A DNA stretch of 64,000 nt from Chlorokybus atmophyticus (lineage: Eukaryota; Plantae; Mesostigma and Chlorokybus algae). A program made the translations under genes and the position numbers. Shown here one piece after another: positions 1 through 10,949 of this stretch (its first letter is position 1; every line of letters begins with the position of its first letter). The notes beneath the pieces are model-generated. The model did no database searches. It saw only the letters and a program-made list of their open reading frames with translations, and had not been told where the DNA came from. The stretch covers positions 459,378-523,377 of the forward strand of contig RHPI01002069.1 of the NCBI GenBank assembly GCA_009103225.1, written 5' to 3'.

Positions 1-263
1 GCGACAGCCTTCTTCCTGATCTTACTGCTCACCGAGCTTGTTCGTTGAATTCACTGAAAGGTGCTTGTGCAAGTTGCCACCAAGAACGCACAAGGCGTGG
101 GTTGACAGACGCTCAGCGAATGCTACTCAGCAACTCATCCATGCAGCTGCCACAGCAAGGTGCTGCAATGGGGCATGCCGTGTAGAGACGCCAGCTCGGA
201 AGCACATTAATGCTCGACTCTACACATACCGCCAACTGCACGGCAGCAGATTGAGCACGCGCT

Positions 264-273
264 TTTAGGGTTT
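264..273 (-). promoter_or_regulatory. telo-box-like motif (AAACCCTAAA)
   Basis: + strand tttagggttt about 420 bp upstream of the SCPL ATG; the motif recurs at other gene 5' ends in this window. Confidence 0.35.
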
Positions 274-691
274 GTGCTCTTGTGCGCAGGGGCACAAGGC
301 AGGCACAAGGGTCTGCTGCAAAGTGCTTATGTGTTGGTTGCTTGCGTGTTGCCAGCACGGTGGTGGTGTTCGCTTGCGGTGCAGTGGTTGCTTGGGCGGT
401 GCTCAGCGTGGCGGGTCGGGGGTGTTGAGCTCCCCTTCTGCTGTGTGAACAAGTGAGCCGAGAATAAGCTATCAAGTTGAGCACTCAGTGAGAGTGAGCT
501 CACTCTCAGTGAGCGCTGAGAGCTTGACAGACTTCCTGTGGGCTGTGTGGAGTGCTGCTGCTGCTTGCCTTTAAGTGCACGCTGCCTGTCGTGTGTAGTT
601 TTATATGCATGGTGCGGTATACTGATCGTGCACGTTGTTCAGCAGTTCAAACAGCAGGTGCCACGCTGCCTGTTGCTCCGACTGCAGCAGC

Positions 692-3462
692 ATGGCTCGG
701 CACGCAGTCCTCCTCATCCTGCTGCTATGCACACGTAAGACTCACCTACAAGCAGCATGCAGATTGCCTCGTTTCAAACCTTGTATGTATTATGCTGCAT
801 GCATAGAAGCTGTTGCTCAGTGGCAGCAGCACAGGCCTTTACAAGCTTCGTGCATCAACCCTTCCGTTTGCTTATCTCAAGCAGATTATCACTAGGCTTT
901 GTCGTTGTTGATGATGTCTTGTTCCTTCCTGTATACAGTTGGGATTGCGGCGCATGGCCGGAGCTTACCGCAACCTGCCAAGTCAACGTCTGGCCGGCTG
1001 GTAGAGGAGGTCATCCCTCTGCAAGTGGCGGGGGGCCATGCCCTTGAGGGCAATGCCGCCAGCAGCGAAGCTCAACAGTACTCCGGGTATTAATGCCTTG
1101 CACGAGTGATTCATGTGCAGTGGTAGTTAGCATATTGAGAGCACAGCATAGAAAAGCACAGCGCAGCGCGCATTGTTGATCGGTGTGCTCCTGGAAGGTA
1201 TTTCAAGCTGGATAGGACGCACGACGCCCGCATGTTTTACTTCTTCTTTGAATCGCGCGGTAACAAGGACAAGGTATGTTTTGCAGTGGTAGCTAGTGCG
1301 ATGCTTACCTGAGGAGCCTGCTACTCCATTGAGCTGCAATGATTGGCCGCTCTTTTGCACAGGACCCGCTTGTATTGTGGATGACTGGGGGTCCGGGTTG
1401 CAGTTCAGAAATTGCTGTCTTTTATGAGAATGGTCCCTGGACGATCAATGAAGACATGACATTGAATTTTACCAAGTGAGTGCAGCCCGAACTTGATGCG
1501 ACATTGCTGCAAAATGCACTGATCAGAGTGGGCACCACCCATGGTAGTCGTTGTCAGATGGCATGCATCTGATATCTGGACATGTACAGGTATGGCTGGG
1601 ACACTGCAGCCAACATGATCTTCGTGGACCAGCCCATCAACACAGGGTTTTCGTACAGCCTTGATCCGCGAGATGTTGTCCACAATGAGAAGGGAGTAGG
1701 TATGTGCCCACTTTGTAAGCTGTTCTCATGGAGCTCATGTCCCGCGGACTGCTTCTCATGACCTGAACTATGGTAATTTCCATTGACTGTTCAGCGGAAG
1801 ACATGTATGACTTTCTGCAAGAGTTCTTAGCCGTACATCCGTCGCTGGCGGGCCGCGACTTCTTCATTACTGGTGAAAGCTATGCTGGCCACTACGTTCC
1901 TGCAGTAGCATACCGGTACGCCTTTCAATGTGTATGGTTGCTCTGGTTCGCACATGCCTTTTAGTGGATCCACATTGCATCACTCGGTCAGGGTATGGAA
2001 GGGAAATAAGGACCTGGCGAAGGGCTTGCAGCAGCCTTCTTTTACTGCCAACCACACAGAGTGGAAGCACATCAATATGAAGGCAACTTGTTGCTGTGCT
2101 CAGCATGCTCTAGCAAGGGAGGACTAGTGAGAGGAAGTGCTGTGTACTCACATCAAAAGCTGATGCGCAGGGCATCGCCATCGGGAATGGCTTGACTGAC
2201 CCCGAGATCCAGTACGGTGCTTACGCTGACTTTGCGCGTGACAACGGCCTCATCAACAACTCGACATACCACGTGAGACCTTGAGCCTGGTTTGTGTCAG
2301 GACACCGGACACACCTTGCTCAAAGCCCTGTACGGTGTTGTGTATGTTTATGCTGCAGTGTGATTCTGATCCTTTGGCACTGCAGCTGGTGCAAGCGCAA
2401 GGACCTGGTTGCAAGCGGGCCATCCACTTGTGCGGTGATAAGGGCTCGGCGTTGCTCTGTCTGTACGCTGTTCAGCGCTGCAACGCCATTGTGGCTGAGA
2501 TACTCATGGCTGCTGGGAACATCAATGTGTACGTACTCAAGAGGAGCTCTTGCGCATTGCAACCCTTTCTGGTTCAGTTGCTCACCCAACACACGCAAAT
2601 GTGCGCAGCTACGACATCCGTGAAGAGTGCAAAGTTCCACCCCTTTGCTATGATTTTGAGCGCGCAGACAGGTGCTGGTTGTCATTGCCATGCAAGTGCA
2701 CTTTACCAACCCAATACTGCCCCAAGTTCGCCTGCATACATTGCATGAGCACAAACGACCCTATTTTGTAGGTACTTAAATCTCCCGGAGGTCCGCCAGG
2801 CATTGGGAGTTGGCGAGAAGCGCTGGACAGCTTGCAGTGCAGTAAGCTAGTGCTGAATATACCGCACGTTTAGCTCTCTTTGTTTTTTCTCGTCTCCTCT
2901 GAGTCTATCAGTTTTAAAGTCGGCCCGTTGCTTAACGTTTTGCTGCTTCCTGGTACTGATGCGCAGCTGTTACCAGGTTGTGCATGCGTCTATGATGGCT
3001 GATTGGATGCATGATTATGAGCCAATCATCCCTCCGATGCTAGAAGATGGCGTGCGCGTACTGATCTATGCCGGAGAGGCAGACTTCATCTGCAACTACG
3101 TGGGCAATCAGCGCTGGGTGTCGGCAATGCCGTGGTCAGGGCAGCAGGAGTACAATGCCGCGCGCGAGCGCAAGTGGACAGTTGATGGGCAGTATGCTGG
3201 CCTGGCCAGAGCCGCAAAGGGGCTGACTTTCCTGCGCATCGCAGCAGCTGGCCACATGGTGAGCTACTGAGAAATCTGCCTCCTGACAATCCATGCATGC
3301 ATGTCCAACCTGTCATGGGAGTCTTATTCCGCCTACTTCAACCAATCTACTGCTTGACATCAGGTGCCAATGGATCAGCCAAAGAACGCTCTGGAGATGC
3401 TCAAGGCGTTTGTTAAGGGTCAGCAGTTTGCCAGCAGTCAGGGGATGGTCGCCGATGCTTAG
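692..3462 (+). CDS. serine carboxypeptidase-like protein (peptidase S10, SCPL49/CPVL type), secreted, multi-exon
   Basis: Exon 1 (692-734) [14 protein letters not shown] signal peptide. Spliced motifs [68 protein letters not shown] (catalytic Ser), [23 protein letters not shown] (Asp), AAGHMVPMDQP (His). TAG at 3460-3462. Confidence 0.93.
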
Positions 3463-4088
3463 GCTGTCTGGTTCAGTTTGCCTTGCTGCTAGAATGAATT
3501 GATCAGGCGCAAGCACTTGGTTTCAATTTGTTCAGTTCATTCGTGCACAACAGTGCGGTAGGCTGTCAACTGTGAATGTTAGATTGATATGCTGCCGTAA
3601 CCACCCAGAAGTGTACAGTAGCGGGTGGTTATTTTTCGCATGCTACAACAAAGCAGTTGCAGAATATTGCAGCGCAGGCAAATTCCATTGGATTTTTCCA
3701 GCATGTGCTGCAGACCTTGCACGTGCAGCAAGCATAGGCTCCGGTTCACATGCAGCTGTAGATGCGGAATTGGTGGGTGTGATGAAGGAATTGGACGGGT
3801 GCCCTGCTAGTGGTATTATCCACTCATATGCCAGGCTTCCTGTCCGCCACAGGGGCAACTAAATAAAAATGAATTTAATGTCCAGATCGTCCAGGCTCGG
3901 GCAATCTGTATTGCACGTTTGATCACTACCTTTTGGCTACACAGTAAAGCCGACCTGCCATCAACATCGTATGCACACTGCGCGCAAAAGTTCAGCAGCT
4001 CCTCTCACAGTGGCAGCACCCGCAGTGATGTAGCACATCAGCGAGAACTTGGCACTGCGCACCTTGAAGGTAAGCAGCAGGTGGTAAC

Positions 4089-6519
4089 TCAAATCGCCAT
4101 ATCTTCGTCCAACTCCCGCACAAGGGTATGCTTGCCATGCGATGCAAAATGTCCACCCCGACCAAAAGGCAGAAGCAGCTTGGCACCAAGCAAGCCAATG
4201 GTGATGGACATTCCCACCTGCATCAGTGCGATAGTTACATACACCTACACAACGGCAACCAGCGACAGCGAGTGATGCACACACACAAAAGCTGCAAGCC
4301 AATGGTGATGGACATTCCCATCTGCATCAGTGCGATAGTTACATACACCTACACAACGGCAACCAACGACACAGCAAGTGATGCACACACACAAAAGCTG
4401 TGTACGGCAACACTCCCTCACACCTCACAAACGGCAACCAACAACAGCAAGCGACACATGTACACACGCATGCACAGATTGTGTGTAGAGTAACACTCCC
4501 TCACGCCTCACAGGGACAGCATGCACACCACGCCAGGACATACCATTAACATGTCGAATCCGAAGCTCAGGCCGGATATGATGTTTTGTTCAAGCATGGC
4601 TTCAACTCCCCTGACACCAACGCCGCCAGGAACAAGGATGAGGATTCCAGACAATGTGTACGCCAGAGGCAGTGAGTTCGTGGCACGGGCGTAACACGAC
4701 CCGACTATGCTGACCACGAGCGCAGACACCACCGATGTGGAGCTGCCAGGGAAAATCATTCCAGCAAACGTGTCGCTGATGTAGCCAGCAAAACCGGTCA
4801 CAATCATGCCTGGCCACTGATCGCGCCTCGAGTTCAACAGTATATTGGACGCAACAAGGTACACAAGGCAACCTGGCAGAAATAGCCATCGTGGAAACTG
4901 GTCATGATGCGGACACCTGCAAAAAAGGTGTTGATGTTAAGCTGCGTCTCTGACAACCCAACAACTGTGCTTAAAAGTTTTCAAGCCTAAATGGTAACAT
5001 TCTGCATGTAGGACTCACTTCTGTTGTGACTTGTGCTTGTGCCAGAACACCATCGCCTGCCCAATGGCAAGACCGAAACCGAGTTGAAGAGCAGAAACCA
5101 GCGCCAATAGGAGGCGAGATGTGCCGGACACGGGGGAGTTGGCTGACACCTCACTCACACCAATGGTCAGGGAAAGTCCGGGCAGCAGCCACACGAGAGA
5201 TCCAAGCGCCATGGCAAAAAAGCAAAGCTTCAAGTCCGGTAGATACACCATGAGCAGCTGTGCGATAAAAGACACCGTCATTGCGGTGATAAACTCCAAG
5301 ACGTTGCTGAACTGGGATGACTTGCTGGCCATCCAGTTGTAGAGGCCGACAATGGAGCCGAGCATTCCGCAGAACACCGCGTCGTACACGCCACCGTCAA
5401 AGAACAGCAATGCAGCCATTGCACACAGCATCATCATAGCGAATACGCGCGCGAGGGGAGTCCACTGCAAACCAAGCTGCACTAAGCCATGCACGATGCA
5501 CGCTAGAGAGTGCAATTGACCTAATATGCTAAGTGTGCACATGCGCGTTCAACACAACATACCAACACACAACGCATATGAAAAGTAGCATTCCAACCTC
5601 AGGAGGAGCTGATGCAATGGCACGCAGGCGCCAGTAGCCGGCCAACAACGGGACTTGGTCAGTTCCAACTCGAGCAGCTAGCTCGTCCGCTCGCCCCAAC
5701 TTGTCAAGATCAAGATCGTAATCTACTGACAATTGATGGAATTCCGCCTGCATGCACATGTTGCTTGCACATACAAACACGAAGCACAAAGCCTACATGC
5801 CCTTCAACAACTACATACTGCTTGCGGGTGATCGCCATTGTGCGCAGCAAATGATAGCAAAATTAAAGTTGGGAAGACGGATATGGACAGCTTGATGCCG
5901 AGGCGCTCTCCTGATGACTCTATCAAGTGCTCTGTGCGTGAAGCAGAGCTGCCATATCTGTACAGCAATATGTTTGTAAGGTGCAGGCCACAAAGTGATG
6001 CACTTGTTCAGCATGTGCACCAATGCATGCGTGCATGCAACAGCAACAAACACATGACATACGAGTGCAGTGCGATGGCGAGCCTGATGAGGAACCTCTT
6101 GCGAAGCTCCAGGTTGTTTCTTAAACTCACTTGCGGCACACCATGCTTCTCTTGGATATGAGACCGAACCTGCTCAAAGTAATTGCCAAAGTTGCCAAAC
6201 CCAACTATGCAACACGACGGCCTTGCACCATATAAGACACGACAAATGCAACGGAGTATTTCATACCCGACCCACAGTGTTGGCTTGTGCAGGTGTCTCC
6301 TCCCCACTCGATCTGTAAACACAGTACACAATGCTTGACAACTTGAACGAAAGATGCAAGTACTGAAAATTCCTCTGACCTGGCATGAATGGCGTCTTTC
6401 GCTGCGGCTGTGCCGGCCCCCCAGTTAAGTTTGGCCCTGGCGGCAATAGTGTGCTGAATCTGCGACTCATCGCCGCGCAGCAGAGCCTCCTCGTCAATCT
6501 TGTGCTCGTTGTCAGCCAT
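4089..6519 (-). CDS. ThrE/DUF1212-family threonine/serine exporter-like membrane protein (PRM10-like), multi-exon
   Basis: Exons encode RKRFLIRLAIALHSY, LDLDKLGRADEL, WLLPGLSLTIGVSEVSANSPVSGTSRL, LILVPGGVGVRG and a last exon VGMSITIGLLGAKLLLP...ELDEDMAI* (4217-4089). Start could be 6519 or 6543. Confidence 0.83.
4191..4400. repeat. two-copy tandem duplication (104 bp + 106 bp) spanning the last intron/exon junction of the ThrE gene
   Basis: caagccaatggtgatggacattccca...cacacaaaagctg at 4191-4294 and 4295-4400, near-identical. Confidence 0.95.
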
Positions 6520-7447
6520 CGCAGATGGGGATGGGACCTGCATGCGCACAAAACAGCGAAAGGTTTGAGACCTCCACTAGCACAAGCAGGCTGCGTGCTC
6601 TAAGCAAGTGCATGCTTGGCTTGGAGTTGCAATCGACCAGTTTTGAGTTGGCAGCCTGGTGAGCATCGCATGCAAGCAATGAAATCGCAGACCATACGCA
6701 CTCTCAGAAGTACAAGTGTTGCCTGTTCTGCTGGATGCAACAGCTTGGCGCAAACTCTTACCTGTCTGCTGGTCACCTGTGTTTTGTGCGTTGACGCAAT
6801 GTAATCACAGGCCTCTTCGATTCAGCTGCTGTTTACTGTCAAAACCATCAAGCGAAGCTTTGCCGTTCCCCTCTCTGCTGCTGAAAGCAAACCAGCTGCG
6901 CACGCAGCCAGCTCTCGTTTGCTTGTCGAGGGAAGGGATCAAGTGCTCATACAACAGCAATTGCCAGCTGCCAGCTGCCAGCTACCCAAAGCTGTTACGC
7001 AATTGCACAGGACGCAACAGCACACATAAGCAGCCTGACCTGCATGCACACGCTGCGCCAACAACAAGCCCCTCCGCAACACAATCCGCCCTCTGCCGCC
7101 TTACGAACAAGCAGCGCTCTTGCCCCTTGATCAGCTTTCAGCCGCTCATGGACAACTACGCCCAGCTCTGCCGCCCACCACAGGCCCCAAGCATGTCCTG
7201 GGTCCGGTCGCATGGCTTTCAGCCAAGCAAATGATTTGGCAATCATGCCGGGTCCCGATTCAAGCCTTATTGAACACAGTCCAGGACAGTGAAAGAGTTG
7301 GGATCGGGATTTGGGTCGGCTGTCTGTTTTGAGTTGTGCGTCACAGTGTTGGCGGCGGCGGCAGCTGCAGCGGCGGCGGCGGAGGTGGCGGAGGGAGGGT
7401 TAGGTGGGTCAGGTGGGTATTGGTGATTGGAAAGCCAGGGTTGGATA

Positions 7448-9659
7448 ATGGCGCCTGGAGGTGGAGGCGCCTCGCCTACGCCGGTGGCGCCGTTGCCCTT
7501 CTACAAGACGTTCGCTGCCAGCGCTGTGGCGGCATGCTGGGCTGAGGTGGGTGTTCGTTGGTTTCAATGAACCTGTCCAAGCCTCAATGGTATCTCTTCA
7601 CTTCAGAGCACACCGAATGCTATGTTTTAGTAGCTTGTAGACTTAAGGGAATGCAACATTCTGTTAGTGACCACTGGAGCTATGTGCACTCACCACGCAC
7701 TTGCGTTGCCATCCCCCGTCAACCATGATTCACTCGCAACGGCTACATCGTGTTCAGTCGCTTCATTATGCCGAGCAAACTCAAACCAACCAGCATTCCA
7801 AGTTACGCTAGATCATTTGCAGTCGACGAACATTGCAGCAAAAGCAGTGCATGCTGAGGGTGTTCATAGCTACAACGACAATACTTTGCATGATGGTGAT
7901 TGGCTTGTGTTAACGCCACAGCACATACTGAGATGTGTCAATCAGTTCAGCAATTGAAGCAATGCGCTGCACGATTCGCAAGCATTACGCACCAACTTGA
8001 AACTTCTGCACAGTACTGGTTGCAACTGATGGGTTGGGTTTTGTGTGTTTATGTTTCAGTTCTGCACCATTCCACTGGACACAGCCAAGGTCAGGCTGCA
8101 GCTGCAGCAAGGGGCGGCGAAGGGGGCGGCGCTGAAGTACAATGGCATGCTCGGTACAATTGGGATGGTGGCGAAGGAGGAGGGCTTCGCTGCGCTGTGG
8201 AATGGCATCATCCCGGGTCTGCACAGACAGTGCCTGTACGGAGGCATCCGGATTGGCCTCTACGACCCTGTTAAGCAGTTCTTTGTTGGCAAGGACCATG
8301 TTGGAGACATCCCTCTCATCTACAAGATCGCGTCGGGGCTGACAACAGGTCAGCCATAGGATGGTGTTGGCCAAACTGGCATGCAATGCATGCCATTCCC
8401 CAGCTGCGTCTTGAGCAGCTGGGCAATGTATAGCATCATTGCACAATGGCTACTACATCATAGCATATACCGTACATTCAGCTCCACACAGGGTTGCCTA
8501 CTTGCATACAATATGGCACCTGGTATAGTATGGTCGTGCAAGTTGCTTTCTCTGTTGTTGCTCGGTCATCAGCAAGCGTCTGCTGTTGCATACGCCAATA
8601 CTCACCGCCAATGAATGCCAGGTGCCATTGCAATCACGGTGGCGAGCCCCACAGATCTGGTGAAGGTCAGGTTGCAAGCAGAGGGCAAGTTGCCGGCCGG
8701 GGTGCCGCGGCGGTACAGCGGCGCGATGAACGCGTACTCGACAATCATCAAGCAGGTTGGCGTGAAGCTTGACTGGTTGCAAGTTGGCGTCCTTGCCACT
8801 AATAATTACTTGCACATGACAGGAGGGAGTCGCAGGCCTTTGGACAGGCCTTGGCCCGAACATTATGCGCAACTCCATCATCAATGCTGCAGAGCTGGCA
8901 AGTTACGACCAAGTGAAACAGGTGGGCATAACCACACCAGGGAGTATGACAATACTTCTTTGTTCACAGCAGCTGGGCTCACATAAACTGACTGGTTTTG
9001 TCTTCTGCAGTCGCTGCTGAAGCTCCCTGGATTCAGTGATAACATAGTCACGCATATCTTGTCGGGCCTGGGTGCCGGCTTCTTCGCTGTTTGCATTGGG
9101 TCACCTGTTGATGTGGTAAGTTTTACCTCTCTGTCGCTCATTCCATTTGCAGGTGTGAGACATGTGGTTGGCGAGTTCGCATTGAACCTCATTCGCCATG
9201 CGCAACACCTCCTGAGTTGGAGCTGGCTCTCACTGCGTTTGCGCTTATGCAGGTCAAGTCCAGAGTCATGGGCGACTCAAAAGGGCTGTACAAGGGCACA
9301 ATAGACTGCTTTGTGCAGACTTTGAAAAATGATGTAAGTCTACCATTGGCAAGTGTGTGCAAATGCTGCAGCTTGCAAATCTGGCTGCACTCCCTTGACA
9401 TGCAACCTTGTGGTATCGCAGGGGGTGGGAGCGTTTTACAAGGGATTCTTGCCCAATTTCGGCCGCCTTGGATCGTGGAATGTCATCATGTTCTTGACCT
9501 ATGAGCAGGTACCGCTTGCAACACATTATGCACACATGACCTGTCTTTATGACGTGTGCTGGAGACAGCCAGTTTGCCTCTGAGCAGTACGCATGCGTGG
9601 TTCTTTATCGACACGCGTGGTATGCTTCGCAGACAAAGAAGCTGGTTGCCAATATGTAG
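7448..9659 (+). CDS. UCP: mitochondrial uncoupling protein (SLC25 carrier, plant UCP/PUMP type), 8 exons
   Basis: Exon 1 [33 protein letters not shown] (7448-7546). Three carrier signatures [72 protein letters not shown] at 9657-9659. Confidence 0.96.
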
Positions 9660-10949
9660 TTGTCGGACAACATGCTCCTCAATATTGCTGCGCTCGCACA
9701 CATGCACCAACCTGCAACCTTGCGGTTGCTGGGGCAAGTTTTGACACTGGCACCATTTGCATTGGAACCTGCGTTCATTGGATTCATTGGCCACGATGTT
9801 GTGGCTGTACAACATTAGCGAGTAGTTGCGCCTTAGGTCATTGGTGAATGTGATCATTGGTGAGCCAATGGCACGTGTTATTGTTTGCGAGCATGTCTCA
9901 TAGCTGGCTGTCTTGCAAGCTTGTCTTGACAAGGGCGGTGAAGGGCTGCAACTCACATCAGTCAGAACCTTGGTTTACATAGGCTGACACCCCAACTTGT
10001 GTTGTTGATTTGTCACCTTGTTCCATGATACCAGTGGTGATAAGGTCAAACCTTGGGTGATGTACAGGCTGATAGATACTTGAGTAATGCATTTGTTCTT
10101 GCAATTGCTGTAAACTTACAGAAAGATTGTTGCCAACAATCACTAGTTTTCATAGCACTCATCGTTTGCATGCACGATGAGGCACTGGTCAATGGTAAAG
10201 TCAATGACAGGACAAGTTTCACAGTATAGTTTCGTTGATACTCAGAGCACAGGTATGCACTGACTTGTTACGCCTTGTAGCAATATTGCGTAACTGTGCA
10301 GTTGAGCCAAACCCAACAGCTGCACCAAGGTGCGACACACGCCACCACATGTGGAGCGACAGGAGTCCCCACCACTGGTCCCGATGAGGAGTCCTAGACT
10401 CGCTGAGGAAGTCCAAGGCAGCTGCATAGTGTTCGTCGGCGTTAGCTTGGCGGCACCTCGAGTGTCGGCCTCTTATTGGTCAGCTTCCGTGCCGCCACTG
10501 CGCCGACGCCACTGCGCCCGTATACCGACACGTCGGCGCCCAAACTCCACATGGCGGCGGTTAAGTTACATCCCGCGCTCATCTGCAGCTGACGTCACGG
10601 AGCGGGCGGCGGCGGCGGCCGCGGGGTGCTTGGCGTGGTTGGCGGCGGCGGGGCTTGCAGGCGTTATCTGAGTTGGAGGAACAACACCTACGGTTGTCGT
10701 GCAGTAGCTTATGCGGAGAGAAGGAGACGAAGAGCCACCGACGCATGGATAGATCTTGCTGTTGAGCTTCTTGGTCTGGTCTGATTCCAACCCGCGCCTG
10801 TGGCCTGCTCGGCTAGTCGCTTCTTGCTGTAACTCGGTGCATTCGGTGCATAGCTTAGGATCAGCTGCTGTTGCTACAAAAGTTAGGTTGCTTGGTTGCC
10901 TGTAGCAGTAGCAGCAAGCTTGCGCCTGCTTGCTGTGCGGGGGACAGAG

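Noticed and set aside
4191-4400. CRISPR-like array (also considered for 52641-52833 and 56878-56923)
   Set aside because: Eukaryotic context, only two units each, no spacer series.
7336-7545. Gly-rich 69-aa ORF
   Set aside because: It is the GGC-rich leader plus an alternative frame of UCP exon 1.
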